Positions 1 through 13,902 of a DNA stretch of 64,000 nt are shown piece after piece (position 1 is the first letter of the stretch; every line of letters begins with the position of its first letter). The position numbers were made by a program, and so were the translations under genes. The notes below the pieces were generated by a model. It saw only the letters and a program-made list of their open reading frames with translations, was not told where the DNA came from and did not search any database. The DNA is from Chiloscyllium plagiosum (lineage: Eukaryota), in assembly GCF_004010195.1 (NCBI RefSeq), contig NC_057728.1, positions 44,914,286-44,978,285 of the forward strand, read 5' to 3'.

Positions 1-67
1 TCCAATAATTTGTCAGTGAAGAGTCTGGAGAGGTATGATCGAGGGAGTGTTAAGTGAGGGGAAGGGA

Positions 68-1876
68 GAACAATATTGCTTATATTTTGCTGTCTTAGAT
101 GTGGGTAGTTGTCTGTTGATTTTGCTGCCTGCTCTCTCTCCTGCACCTACTGCCTCTCACTCCTTGTTACTTCTCAGTTCCCTCCAGCCACTGTCTCTCA
201 TGTCCCTGCTTTTGTCCAACCCAAAATTCCTCCTGCTCTCTACCAATCCAGTGGTGATCAGTGAAGAACAATGGAGAGGCTTGGGGGGAACATGAGTGGA
301 AGGGAGTTGTGGAGGGAGGGGAGTGGCAGAAGGAACAGTAATGAGTCTTGAAATGAGTGGTGAGTTGGCAGGAGTGAGACCAGTGTTTTTGTTCTTTTCT
401 GGTTTCGTTTTAGCTATGCTGCTTTTGACGTTTGGGATGTTGCTGCCAGTGACATCACAACATTACAACTCTGTCAAAGCATGTATGGGGATCTACCCTT
501 TTGCCATTTCAGTGTTAGAAAAACAGCCTAAAAATGGTGAGATTGAAATAGCAGCAAGAGGAATGAAGAGCTAGAGAGATGTGCAGTGACATTAAATCTC
601 TGTCATCCCTGTACCTATGGGCACATAAGGTTCAAATCATCCCTACAGTTAAACAGTCCCAAATTGCAAACAAATAGTATTTTATTTAAAGAGAGTGTAT
701 ATTTATTTTAGAGATGGAGAGACAGATGGCTGGCCAGCTGGTCTAAGCACCTTACATTTGCATTGGAAATAATGCTGAAATTATTAAGCAACATTACTAA
801 GCAACATTATTAAGTCATTCTAATCATTTTGAAGTGATTTGTGTTTAGGTATCAATAGTGCCCTCTACTGTGCGTTATCATTATCACTACGTACAAATTG
901 AACTGCAAATACTTGGCCTCTTTCATCTGTAGCATTAACTCTATGCATGCATATGGGGAAAGAAATCAGCATATGTAAACATCTAAGAATTTATTAAATA
1001 AAATTATTCTTAAATATTGTTAAATATGCAATAAATGGGGATAGGGTGGGATGGGAGTTCTGGGTGGGATGTTTTTCAGAGAGGTTGGTGAAAATCCGAT
1101 GGGTCAAAAAGCCTCCTTCTGCTTTGTAGGAATTCTATGATTCAAAGATATGGAATTTTTTATTGGAGATTCCAATCAGGGCTACTTCAGAATTGTAAAG
1201 CCATACCTTAACTCTGATGGGTCCTTGATGGTACAGGATAGTTTAGGCAAGGCAAACTGTATGCCTTTTTTTCCAGCAGTCGCTTGCTGGTATTGGTAAC
1301 TTATTGGTAACTTAAATGTCCAGTTAAATGTATTTAATCATAGACAGCCACTTTGACAGCTCCTATGAAAGTGGAATTATGTGTAAGATAAGAGTGAGAT
1401 TCAAGTGCAGGAAGAACAGGGTACTAGGTGGGTACAGGGTAGGATTCTAGGTAAGCTGCCAAGTGGGTTTGCTCAGTGAAGGATCTGAGAAGAAGAGATG
1501 CAGGGAAGAACAAGTTAGAGGGAGTAAGAACAACATTGTGTATACCTTGCTGTTTTAGATGTGGATAGTAATCTGTCAGTCCTGCCCCCTGCTCTCTTCT
1601 GCCTCCACTTCCTCCTGCTTCTTGTTACGTCTCTGTTCCCTCCACCCACTTTCTCATGTCACAGCTTTTACCCACTCCAGCTCCATCTTACATCTGTTTC
1701 CTCCTGCTCTCTGACATTTCCATGGTGATTGGGAGAAGCAACGGAGGAGCTTGGAGGGAGGAGGATTGGAAGGGAGTTGTGGAGGGAGAGGAGTGGAAGA
1801 GAGAATAGTAAGGAGCCCTGGATGGCATGGTGAGTGGGAGGGAGCAAGAACAGTGTTTCTGTTCTTTTCTGTTTTG
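68..1876. repeat. Two diverged direct copies of a ~340 bp block (68-407 and 1528-1876), possibly the Harbinger Myb/SANT-gene side
   Basis: Collinear similarity by eye, e.g. ttgctgtcttagatgtgggtag / ttgctgttttagatgtggatag and a shared tggaagggagttgtggaggga. The second copy lies just upstream of the transposase fossil. Confidence 0.6.
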
Positions 1877-2379
1877 ATGCAGGCAATTATTTGGGGCAAG
1901 TCCATAGGATGACATGCAGGGAGCTATCAGGACACAATGTGGGAATAGGGCCATGTAAGAGAAGGAATGTCAGTCAGGTTGGGTAAAAAATGAAAGGTCA
2001 TTGGGTTGTGGAGGTGCTCAGGGACAATAAATGCCATCAGATTGTCACATTAAATGCCAGCAAACATTCACAACTCATAGAATGGAACTGATATTATTCA
2101 TTGCAGTGATAGCTGCTACACTAAAGAGTTCCTGATTTGTTTTAAAGGTTGCCAATGAGTAGATTTCACTAAAAGATATTTGGATAAGTACATGAATAGG
2201 AAAGGTTTGGAGGGATATGGGCCAGGAGCAGGCAGGTAGGACTACTTTAGACTGGTTGGATGAAGGGTCTGTTTCCGTGCTGTCTGACTCGATGACTAAG
2301 AAGATCTAATCACTGCCGGGTTTGGTGGCATCGATTTACGAGTGATTTGCAAAATCATCTCAAGCTATAACTCCTTTGA

Positions 2380-3080
2380 CTCTGGATCCTTGTGAGGGTC
2401 TACCAGTGATATATTCAGGATGCCTCAGTTTGTGACCCACAAGTGGGTAAGGCAGTTCAGCAGTGGATTGTTTGTTAGGAATGGCAATTATGGCACTGCA
2501 GATGAATGTGTGCTCCCTTTCACAGCTCTGATTGGCTCCCATTGGTATCAATAATTGCCCAAACATGGTAATGGGGCAACAGCAGATCACTCAGGCGTAT
2601 TTAGAAACTGCAAGAATTTCCATTCCCTTAATGTCCACCTGATACATAACCATAAAAATATCTTTTTGCAGGCAGATGCCAGATTCTTAGGTATTTCCCA
2701 GATGGTTTTGGGAGGTTGCATGTTGTTTTTTTTTCCATGTCACCTTGAAGGCTTCAGATCTGCAAACAGACTCAAGGAATTGTCTCTGGATGATGAAGGA
2801 GGCATACTTCAATTGTGGCCAGTGTCTTTTGTTAGATAACAGAATAATTAAGTCTTGCAGAACTAGAAGAGTGCCATGTGACAGACAAAAATGTGGTTGA
2901 ACCAGCGATCAGCATGATGAAGATGCTGAAGATGAAATGGTCTTTCAATCCAGGGAGGTCATCCAGAATAGATGCACAACATTGTACAGCAGTGGAGTAT
3001 GGACCTGCAGGAGAACCATAGCAAAATCTTCATTCCCTTTTCAGGTGATTCAGAGAGGGAGAAGGCGAAGAAGAAGATGA
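2380..3080 (+). mobile_element. Harbinger/PIF DDE transposase fossil (HARBI1-like), with stops and frameshifts
   Basis: Collinear fragments NSFDSGSL*GSTSDIFRMPQFVTHKWVRQFSSGLF, FRNCKNFHSLNVHLIHNHKNIFLQADARFLG, NVVEPAISMMKM and MHNIVQQW match the Harbinger motifs FFASGSFQ..GD..GISQ, NRKGFHSLNVQ..CD....ARFPGS, VERTIGLLK and LHN. Confidence 0.8.
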
Positions 3081-4619
3081 GGAATGTGAGGTGGTTGATG
3101 CCATGCTCCACAATTCCTACCAGCTGTGATGTTCTTATTATTGCAGGGTTCATTTACTTAGTACCAGAGTTCACCTGTGACCTATGCAGATACTCCTTAG
3201 CAATGACAAAACCTTAATTTCACATTTCCTATTGCTCCTCAGTGGTGTAACCGCCAATGTCTTGAGCAGAGATAGGGGCAGTATGATCAGATCCCTAATC
3301 TGACCATTTCATTGCTCTTGGTTAAGTGTCTTTTGGGTTTTGGAGCCCATGTGGGCCCTGACAATGACCATTCCACCTGCAACAGTGCAAAGGAGAATTA
3401 GCCTTTTCGGCACAAGGCATGATGTAAGGAATTGACTATCTCTAGGATGGTATTAAAGTTGCATCAAGACTTTAGGCTGGTCATTTCTGTTGCTCTGAAT
3501 AAAGAAATTTAACAAAACCTGAAATGTTAAAGTTTTGAGGACAAATTGAGACAAGGCCTGTATTTTCTTGATTCTGGAAGGTTAGTGTCTGATCCTGTTG
3601 AGGTGGTTAAATTATGTAATAAGGTAGATCATGTTACATCTTACTGATGTACCACACTGCAATATGAGCCACATATTCCCAAAGTCATCACAAAAGTTAG
3701 AGAATTTCTCAATATACCTGACTTTCACAGCTTGATTGACAGAAGGCTAAAGTGATTACTGAGATTGACGGTCTGTTATAAATCAATGGACTCTAGACAC
3801 AGGCAAACAATGATATTCCAGTATTTGATTGATTACTGGATGAGTTATTTTAATTATATTACTGAATAAGAACATTTGAATGAAGCACAGATACTTTTCT
3901 TGCTACAGGATCTCTTCCCATAAAAAACTTCCAACTCCTTTGTCATTCTAATCCGTGACACAACATTTCCTGCTCTCTAACAGTTACAAGATTGTATTAA
4001 ATATGGCATCTGGATGAATAGAACATATTATGTTGATAACAATCATGAGTTTTGTGGATTTTTACAACTTAAAAAGGATCGTATGGAAAAATTTAATATT
4101 GAATGACGTACACAAGTTGGTTAGGTCTAAAGGATGTTTCTAATTATTCAAACAAATGTATAGTTCCAACTTTTATGGTTAGAGAGCTCATAATCATTGA
4201 GTTTTTTTTATTCAGTTACAAAGATCCTGTTATTAAATATGTGTCTTAATTGTGGTTTTCACAGCCATGCTGATATAACCCAAGAACAGATTATTTGCTA
4301 CTGGATGAAAGTATGGTTAGGAAATGGTTAGCAGTATGCACATAATTTCTGGAGCCAACTGGTCTTGTCTCCACAGTAAGAGACATGCAGCATTTCCGCT
4401 CTCCGGTGTCCACTTTGTACAAAGTAAATAACAGAGGCATTGACCTTTGAGAATTGGAGTTCTCAGGAATTAAAGTTTAATCTTCTGGGCATTGCTGCAT
4501 GAACAGATGGAGAAAATAAAAATCATTAATAATGTGCATATTCTGCTTTAAATATTCTTTCCTCACTTTCATTTATTTACTATAAAGACTGTAAAAATAC
4601 TTGACCAACAGTCAAGAAT

Positions 4620-5350
4620 CATCAATCAGCTAACATAGTGTTTTTTTGTTTCCAATTCATGAACAAAGGTGAACACCCTAGAACAGCCATACTGAATGCT
4701 GAACATTGTGCAATGTGCGAAGATCCTCCACATCAGCAGTTGTCCCTCAACCCACGGTGGACATTTGCAAGGTTTCTGCTGTGGGTCTAAATAAGTCAAT
4801 TCTGGGCATGTGGAGCAGGACATCTCGTGAAACTGTGAAGTCTGAGAGTGAAAGATTTACTCCCTTTTCCATCCTTCCCTGCTGGCACTTTATCACACCA
4901 TTACAGCTTTTGGGCTCAAAGCATGTTGACGGACAAATTGTTGTCGTTTTGAACAATTGGTAGCAAGCGCTTCCAATTCATTCTTATCAATGCTGTTGCA
5001 ATTCAAAGAGAATTTTAGAGTACCTTTGGAGTGTTTACTTTGTCCTGCCCTGAAATGCTGGCCATATGAAAGTTGGAAAAAACAGGACCTGGTGGTTGAC
5101 ACACCTTTCAAACATCCAAATACAGTGAGCAGGCCGTCATAGTTGGTCTTGTCGCACCTTTTTTTTTAAGGCTAGGTGATCTGGCTCCAAGAATGATATC
5201 AGCATTTGTTCAACTGTCCTCCTATAAAATCCAAAGAATCTGGTAGATGCATTAGTGGCAGAATTTCTATTGCATTGATATATATCTCTGATGCACAGTC
5301 CAGTCTCCCTGCAATACAGGGGCAATGCTAGAGCATTTCATTCTGATGCC
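4620..5350 (-). mobile_element. RTE-clade LINE 3' fragment, decayed
   Basis: Minus-strand fragments PLYCRETG, KVRQDQL*RPAHCIWM and FQLSYGQHFRAGQSKHSKGTLKFSL..ELEALATNCSKRQQFVRQ resemble the RTE C-terminus (LLYGSETW, QLRWAGH..RM, GGQRKRFKDTLK). Confidence 0.75.
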
Positions 5351-5639
5351 ATTTTCCATTATTCAGACCAATTTCTCACATGCATTCTCCCCTTATTGGC
5401 TTGGATGAGCCAGAAGACAAAGGCAGGAACCACCATCAGTATCTTGTTCACAGGCCATTGTCAGGAATGATGGAACATTCTGCACCATACAATGCACAAC
5501 CACATTTCCACACTGGAAGAGAATAAAATAATATACAATAAATAATATAATAACATTTAATAGTAAGACAATAAAATAGTATTGTTTTAAGCAGTTTTAT
5601 CATCTGCTTTATGTAATCTGGGATAAGGCAAAGCCACCA

Positions 5640-5833
5640 CAGAGTTATGAGACCACAGAGCAGCTCTCTCATTAAAGTGAGGAAATAACTGATGGTGGTT
5701 TAACCTAAGGATCATCATGTGTCAGGCAAGGAGAAAGCCTTTTATAGTAACATCAGCCAGTATAGGAATTGAACCTAGCCAGCTAGTATCTCCCTGCATT
5801 GCAAACCTGCCATCCAGCCAAATGAGCTAAACC
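5640..5833 (-). mobile_element. tRNA-derived SINE, decayed
   Basis: Minus-strand A-box-like (ttagctcatttgg) and B-box-like (ggttcaattcc) motifs at the right end. Confidence 0.55.
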
Positions 5834-5974
5834 ATAATCACTTTATGAGCTGTTCTCCGGCAAATAGAACGGTGTTCGGAAGCAGGATTATCCCAGGTTA
5901 ACCCTGCTTCCTAGAACCATTCTATTTGATGAAGAAGAACTATTTGCAAAGTAAGAGGTTACAAATGTAACCTC

Positions 5975-6228
5975 ACATGACCTCAACCTGTCTCAAAGTG
6001 CTTTCAGTCAATGAACCACTTACTTGTGTCAAGTATAATTATTGTTGCAGGGGAAACAATAGTAGATTTGGCATTACGAGGCCCCATAAACAGCAACATG
6101 ATAAACAGTTAAACTGTTTTCGTGATGTTGGTGGAGGAATAAATTTTGGCCAGAACACCAGGGAGAACTTTCCTGCTATTCATTTAAATAATGCTGTATA
6201 ATACTTGACATTCGCCTGAGAAAGCATC
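5975..6228 (-). mobile_element. Deu-domain SINE remnant (SacSINE1/AmnSINE1-like)
   Basis: ttggccagaacaccagggagaactttcctgct...aataatgctgt resembles the reverse complement of the Deu domain and is joined to an L2-like tail. Confidence 0.6.
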
Positions 6229-6535
6229 AAATGGACAATCAGCCCACAGATCACAACCTAGAGGAGGTTATGAATGGATGCTCACAAGCACATGGTGCAG
6301 AAAGTCTGCTGACTGTCACAGGTTAGCTGCTAATGGCGTCTATATTTTATTTTTAGTGCCATTATAAGGGTACATAGTGCTCAGTATTACTCCAGTACAC
6401 AACATAGCAAGAAGTACATTCACAAAATGTGAGAATAGGCTTTCTCCCACCGAACTCTTTGTGTCTTTCTCTGGGTGACATGTAAAAATTAGTCAAATTC
6501 ATGAAGCAGTGAACAAGATATTTTCCGAGAACAAT

Positions 6536-7385
6536 TTAATGTGGAAAAGGATATGGAAGATATAGACTGTAGGGAAATAGATCGTGACAAATATGTCCAG
6601 ATTACAGAGGAGGAAGTGTTGGATGTCTTGAAATGGGTAAAGGTGGATAAATCCCAGGACCTGATCAGGTGTACCCTAGAACTCTGCGGGAAGCTAGAGC
6701 AGTGATTGCTGGGCCTCTTGCTGAGATATTTGTATCATTGATAGTCACAGGTGAGGTGCCGTAAGACTGGAGGTTGGAAAATGTGGTGCCACTGTTTAAG
6801 AAGGGTGGTAAGGACAAGCCAGGGAACTATAGACCAATGAGCCTGACCTCGGTGGTGGGCAAATTATTGGAGGGAATCCTAAGGGACAGGATGTACATGT
6901 ATTTGGAAAGGCAAGGACTGATTGGGGATAGTCAACATGGCTTTGTGCGTGAGAAATCATATCTTACAAACTCGATTGATTTTTTTGAAGAAGTAACAAA
7001 GAGGATTGATGAGGGCAGAGCAGTAAATGTGATCTATATGGACTTCAGTAAGGCTTTCGACAAGGTTCCCCATGGGAGACTGATTAGCAAGGTTAGATCT
7101 CATGGAATACAGGGAGAACTAGCCATTTGGTTACAGAACTGGCTCAAAGGTAGAAGACAGAGGGTGGTGGTGGAGGGTTGTTTTCCAGACTGGAGACCTG
7201 TGACCAGTGGTGTGCCACAAGGATCGGTGCTGGGTCCTCTACTTTTTGTCATTTACATAAATGATTTGGATGCAAGCATAAGAGTTACAGTTAGTAAGTT
7301 TGCAGATGAGGGTTGGGATATCTGGTCGGCATGGACAGGTTGGACCGAAGGTCTGTTTCCATGCTGTACATCTCTATGACTCTAA
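6536..7385 (+). mobile_element. CR1 (HER1-type) LINE fragment; RT N-terminal half joined directly to the 3' UTR
   Basis: ORF 6774-7379 has [37 protein letters not shown] and KFAD, then jumps to the tail ending ctctatgactcta. Confidence 0.95.
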
Positions 7386-8338
7386 TACAGGTTTTTTTTT
7401 CAAATAGAGCTTCCCAAGGGGTCATCTTGAACTGTGTATCAAATATATAATTCGTACTCAAATGCGAAATAGTAAGTTCGTAAGGGCAGATATTATATAT
7501 ATATATATATAAATAATGTATGTGTCCATCTACTGAACACATATGCAATGTGGCAGTCAGTTTGTTAAGTTCATTTAGGCAGTGGTGAGATGTATCAGCT
7601 ATTGTAACACATGAGAAGTAAAATTCTAAAAAGCTCTTTCCTTAACTGTTGCCCTTTATTAAAATCAAAATTAACCAGGAAAGCTGTTTCACCGTACCAT
7701 TCAATCACTTATATTGTTTCTCATGCAGTGAAAAATCTTTACCACCCCAGCTCATTTAATGCAAAGTGGAATACCTCAGCACCATAAATGTGAAATATTG
7801 TTATGTCTATACATACTCTTTGATGCTGCACACTTCTTAGCTTTTAAACAGTGAAGCAACTGATTTGCATTCAGCTATAAAACACAAAAGCAAGAAAATA
7901 GTGTTGATTTTCCGCAAAATACTTACACAACTGCAATTTGACGTACATGTGAGGATTTTTTGATCATTGATTTCTGTGGGTAGTAATATTCTTATAAAGA
8001 AATCACTGGCTACATATTTGTGATTCTGTGACAAGTCAAATGTTAAGCAGAAGTTGCATTTATATAGCATCTCTAATATAGTAAGCAATCCCAAGTCATT
8101 TCAGGAGAATGTCAAAGTAAGAATATTTTAGGATAAGTAACCATAAGCTTGGTGGAAAGATAGAGAATCAGAGTTATTTAGGGAAGGATTCCATAACTTA
8201 GGGTCTAGATGGCTGAAGCTATGGCATTCAATGAAGAGTGATGGAAATCAGAAATAAGCAAAAAGCTCAAACTGTGAAGGCATGCATATATCTCAGGATT
8301 GTAGAACTTCAGATGATTATAGAGATAGAGAAACCTGA

Positions 8339-8435
8339 AAAGAAGCTTTTCGGATGCTGCCTGAATTGCTGTGTTCTTCCAGCACCACCGATCCAGAATC
8401 TGGTTTCCAGCATCTGCAGTCATTGTTTTTACACC
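8339..8435 (+). mobile_element. Short Penelope pLTR-derived insertion inside an old L2-like remnant
   Basis: gatgctgcctga...ccagcatctgcagt pLTR-type end; flanked by atag(a/g)gaaacctga at 8325-8338 and 8436-8449. Confidence 0.7.
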
Positions 8436-8929
8436 ATAGGGAAACCTGAGGCTATGGTGGAATTTGAATACAAGAATGAGCAGTTGAGAATTATAAAATC
8501 AAGGCATTGCCTAACTAGAAGGAAATATAGATCAATTACAGCTGGGATGGTGGAAAAGTGCAATGTTGAGATTAAAGCATCAGCCTTATTATTTGTCATT
8601 TAGGCCTCCACATTTTAGGAACAATATTCAATTATTGGAAAAGTTACAGTATAGATTCACTCATGATCTGAGATAAACATTTTCAACTAAGAGTGTCTTT
8701 ATTTCTCTCCACTTGTAATAATTTGTTGATAGGCATGTTCATGGTTCTGTTGCATTATCAGAATATAAATCATGATAGGTTATTACTGGGATGATAACAA
8801 GTCAGAATAGCACTGATTTTGTCAGGACAAAGATTAAAGGGAGGATAAAGGGTGGATAAAAGGAGAATCCAATGAAAATGTGGAATCTTGCACTGCACAG
8901 TTAAAGCAGGCTTCAAGAGTTCTTTTTTC

Positions 8930-9225
8930 AGATTAGATTCCCTACAGCATGGAAATAGGCCCTTCGGCCCAACAAGTCCACACTGACCCTCCGAAGAAAC
9001 CCACTCAGGCCCATTCCCTACATTTACCCCTGACTAAGGCACCTATCACTATGGGCAATTTAGCAAGCCAATTCACCTGACCTGCACATCTTTGGATTGT
9101 GGGAGGAAACCCACACAGACACAGGAGAATGTGCAAACTCCACACAGTCATCTGAGACAGGAATCAAACCCAGGTCCCTGGCCCTGTGCGGCAGTAGTGC
9201 TAATCATTGAGCCACCATGCCACGC
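8930..9225 (-). mobile_element. HE1-type tRNA SINE
   Basis: Minus-strand head ggcatggtggctcaatgattagcact...gggtttgattcc, central gtgtggagtttgcacattctcc, CR1-like tail. Confidence 0.9.
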
Positions 9226-11049
9226 CTAAAACATAAAATGTTTAAAGATACCTTAGAACAATACATTGTTTCAAAAAGAGGAACTTTCAAGATGATGCAG
9301 TAGATGCAGTACTTTGAGATTCAATTAAACCTCATGTGAAGGGAAGCAGTAATGTGGATGTGATGATGGATTGCTTGTTTCTGTGGTCTCTAGGCTAGGG
9401 TTAGGGTTTGGGTCACAAGAAACTCTCATAATTTTAGGAAAAAGAAAGATTAAGGACTTTCAGAATGGGATTTCCCAATCAATTCCTCAATTGTGAAACC
9501 CTTGGAAAATAGAATTTACGCCATTTCCCACAAATGTTCCCAGTTCTTTCAGCAATGTGGGAATTGACGCCTGAGCTTTAGTTTGTCTCAGAGGCATCCT
9601 TAAGTGTTTCATGGATGGTGAATCATGTCACAACATTTCATAGACAGCAATGGGCATTCATAGTGTTGACATTTGGGAATGAATGGTGGCCATGACACTA
9701 GGAAAACTATATATTTTTCTATTAAATTTGCTGCAAACGCAAGGGAGAGTTTTTGCTTCTGGTGCATTGTTGAAAGGGTTACAAATTGCAGCCAAGATGT
9801 TGCGGTTTTGGAAAAATATGTTCTCAAAACACTTTGCAGATCTGTCAAGAACCAGTGGCAGTTGGGCAACATCTTAAACCACATCTGATTTTTTTTAAAA
9901 ATGTTGCTTTTCTTCATATGTTCAGCAATGACAACTAGGTTTAATTGATTAATGCAGCTGAAAATAGGTTTATCGTACATAAAAGGTCTTTTAAGTCACA
10001 TTGCCAATCTACCACCTATGAGTAACCTGATTAGAAATTACTAAAAATGACTTTAAATATATTTAAAACTATTTCCTAGCTACATTGTCAGTTTAGTGAA
10101 TGAAAAAATCAACAGCTTTTAAAAGTTTCACTCTGCTGCTCCTGTGCACAAATGCCTCAAAATAAACATAAACTCTCAGTGGTGATTAGTTAGCTAAGAG
10201 ACAAAGTTTGTACTCAAAAATTCTTTCAGAACAATATTTTTAAAAATAGCACCATAAATCGCAGAGATACAACATGCACAAAGCATAATTTGTTCTTGAA
10301 ATTATGTAATTTATTTGCATTGGTGATTCTGCTATTTTGGCAAACTACAGACCAAAGCAGCAGGGTGGTTCTCATTAGGCATCCCCCTTCCCAATGTCCA
10401 GGTCCCAAGGTCAGTTACAGAGTGCCTTTGGTCAAGGTAACACCCCTAGTATCCAAGGTGGTGCAGACCTCAAAGAATGACTTGCTATGCACACTGCATG
10501 ACGAGCAGCCCATGTACAGTTGAGTAAATTTCAGCAGTGGCAGGATGAAGCCTTTAATTAGGCCCCAGTTGGCCACTTGATAGCAATTGATAATAGCATA
10601 GTCAACCATGAGCCTTCCCACCAGAACTTAATAAGGTGGCAGTGCAGCTCATCCACCTTACCAAAAATAGTCCCTCCTGTCTCCAAATTTGTCACTAGTT
10701 ACAACAGAAGATCCTGTCCACCTTTACTGACTCATCCCACATAACCACTATGATTTGAGCGTGCAAATCAAGAGCACAGTTAAATGGCATTTTTGTGGAT
10801 TGTAATATTTAAAGTTATACATGTCTTTGAAAGAAGCTTCAATTCAAATTGAATTAAATGAAGCACCAATGGATTATTAATTAAAATCTAATTAGTTTGT
10901 GTACAGGATGATTATTTCCTGGTTTTGCAAATAAGTCTGGTGATGTCACTGCAGAAAACAATGTAATTTGTGGAGCTATTAAGTGTTGCAGTTCTTAGCT
11001 GATGGTCCAGATTGGTCATATATTTAGTAGCTCTGAACAGTAAACACAT

Positions 11050-11210
11050 GAGTGGGATGTGGATGTTGCTATCTGCATCAGCTTTTATTGCCAATCCTTA
11101 ATTGTTTAGAGGGCAGTTAAGAGCCAATGACTTTGCTATGAGCCTGGAGTTACATGTAGATCAGACCAATTGAGGATGGCTGATTTCCTTCCCTGAATGA
11201 CGTTAATACA
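11050..11210 (-). mobile_element. SINE/LINE-tail remnant of the same family as 59350-59650
   Basis: gggcagttaagagccaatgactttgct...ctggagttacatgtagatcagacc is the reverse complement of the 59.5 kb tail. Confidence 0.65.
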
Positions 11211-12049
11211 CAAATGCACACAAAGATATATAAAAATGGTTTCATTAAACTTGCTATCAATGGTCATATTGCACGATTTACTGACCAGGAGTCAAAATAT
11301 TCAGCTTAATCAGTGGTCTTATTTTCCATGCTAAAACTCCATCATTTTCAATCCAGTTGTTTTGTTATGAACATCCTTTTTTCCCTGAGAATAAAACCTG
11401 GAAATATAGGGATGCTCTTTAAAGGAGAAAGCAAGATGATAGTGGAAATTTGGAGTTAGAATACAAGTGATAATCTTAGCACTTGATTCCCTCCCATGTT
11501 TCAATGTTATTGTTAGGAGCACAATGTTGTGTTAATAGCTTACTGAATGGGGGAACCTCATGAGGACATCCACTTAGTAGCACCTAGCACGCACCCAGTG
11601 GAGGTCTTAGTAGGCAGGGTGCATGTAATTTTTATTTTATCAGTCACCAGGAGAGCTATAGCACACCAATCAACTCTACACTAACTCTTGGGCCACTGTT
11701 GTCACCATATGCACAATCCCGCCCATACGCAAAAGCCTCTCAATTGCCCCAACAATACTGATTACCAAATCAAAGTTGTCTGTTCCTCATCACTCCAAGA
11801 CCAGTGGGCTGCCCAACAGAATGTAATGAGGTCCAACTGTTGGCTTACACTTCCTCCTTCTGCAGCTCCCAGGAAGGTAGCCTATGAATTTATTGCTTCA
11901 GTCAGGGAGAGGAGAAAGAAAATGGACCTTTATTTCTTTCTCATATGTATAATTTCAATGATCTGCTCACAGAACAAAATCTAGCAAATGAACTTAATGC
12001 AGTGGAAAACTCCAACCCACCCACCCTTCCTTCATTGCCCTCTTCCTTC

Positions 12050-12800
12050 CCTCCAGCTTTCTCATAAACAGGACCCTTGCCATCTATGAAACCATTGTGA
12101 ATGATTGATTGGCAACTTGGCCTTGATGAAAACCTAGATGAGGTGTGATGACAGCTTACCCACTAATGAAACCTCCCAGTCTGCCTATAGTTTCCAACCA
12201 CTTGCCCCAAACAGAGTGACTCCTCTCACCAAAAGCACACCTTGGTCTGGTTCCTTTCCCTCTCCTCCAACCTTCACCCTTGTCTCCTACAACACCCCCA
12301 ATACTTGCCTTTAAAATTTCTGGCTCACAGTAACATTCCCATATTCTCACATACCTACTATCATTGCCTTCCTCCCTATTGACTTCTCAGCAAGACTGCT
12401 TTCAATCTCCATCTTGATGCACCATGGTCTTTCTCTCTCTCTTAAAATTATCAGCCTTTCTATTCTTCCTTAATCTCATTCTCCATGTAAACTCCCAATA
12501 CATATTCACAGCCATGATTCAATACTGCCATCTCGTGTATTGTCATCACTCCCATTCTGTCAATCACAGCAAAGATCATCTCTGATCACTTCCTTGTTGG
12601 CCTTTCACCTAAATCATTTTTTTCTCGCCTCAATTCCTCTGTGTATCCCAGGGGAGGGTTGAGAACACCCTCCAATTCACTACAGCACTTCAAAATCCAA
12701 ATTCTCTGGCCTGTGGCCTCCATGACCATATAATTTCTGCAGCAACTAATTTTCTCCACCACACCATCATCTTTGTTGTCCTAGCCCTCAATAATTATTC
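12050..12800 (+). mobile_element. L2-clade LINE endonuclease-region fossil
   Basis: Fragments NRTLAIYETIVND, LNLILHVNSQYIF and ISDHFLV match the APE endonuclease motif order; pyrimidine-rich sense strand. Confidence 0.6.
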
Positions 12801-12811
12801 TCACATATAGA

Positions 12812-13436
12812 ATAAAATCAGAAAGCGTTGGAGAAACTCAACAGGTCTGGGGAGCATCTGTGGAAAGAAATGGAACTGACACTTCTTCAGAACTGAACAG
12901 GGTTGGAAACTGATTGTTGTTTAGATGAGCAGAAAATGGAACACAGAGTCAAGATGGCCTGAACAAAAGTGAAAGGAAATGCTCATGGCAGAAAATAAGT
13001 GATATTATTGCAAAATAAGTGCGACTGATAGCTGTGCATTATCAAAAATAGACTGGCTGTGCAAACAAGACATTGGGGTAGTTGAGGGTGGGGACATAAT
13101 CAAAGTGGAGGAAAAGTGTTCATGCTCTGAATTTGTTGACCTGAATGTTGAGTCCTGAAGGCTAGAACGTGCCTGGGCAGAAGATAAGGTGCAACACTGC
13201 AGCTAGCCTAAGACAGAAATGCTAAAGACAAAAAAACTGCAGATGCTGAAATCCAATATAGACAGACAGGTAGCTGGAACACAACAAGTGGGACTTCACC
13301 ACCCTGCCTTGTCATCTTCATGATCTGCAGTTCCCTTAACCCCATCTCCATTCGTGAAAAAGGTTTACACCCGAAATGTCGACTTCTCTACCTCCTGATG
13401 CTGCCTGGCTTACTGTGTTTTTCTAGGACATAAATG
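12812..13436. mobile_element. Old Penelope 3' end (minus) with a younger pLTR-derived insertion at 13222-13422
   Basis: Minus-strand LIFCPGTF*PSGLNIQVNKF resembles the GIY-YIG C-terminus; the nested unit has a degenerate hammerhead and a cta(a/g)gaca(g/t)aaatg duplication at 13208-13221 and 13423-13436. Confidence 0.7.
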
Positions 13437-13902
13437 TTCAAATGGAAAATGTTCCTCTCTTACTCTGTGGTGGTTAGGTGGTGATGTTCAACAAAAATTG
13501 GTAATTCTTAGACTAAAACTTACAGAATAATTTAACAAGGCCAGATGAGGTCATCTTTTGGACAGGGACTACTTGACATATAGTTATTCTGGTAATAAAT
13601 TATGCATGTCAGCAACGCATGATTTTAAGATAGCGGATTTCTATTCATTGTAATTGATGACATTAGGTGAATCAATAGTTATGTTTTTTAAAATGGTAAA
13701 ATTCAATAAATGATCTTTTAAAGAAATAAACATTTTGATATGGATTGTGATAGGATTATGTTGTGTTAGGATAAAAGAATGAATGCCAGAAACAGTAGGA
13801 ATGAAATTGGTAGCCCGGGAAACATATAATACTCTAAACTTTACATTTTTATTTATTCATGTATTTCAAAGATTAATTGTAATTATTAGATATGTTGGCA
13901 CA

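Noticed and set aside
9395..9412. ctaggg-ttaggg-tttggg telomere-like run
   Set aside because: Only one perfect unit; too short to call an interstitial telomere.
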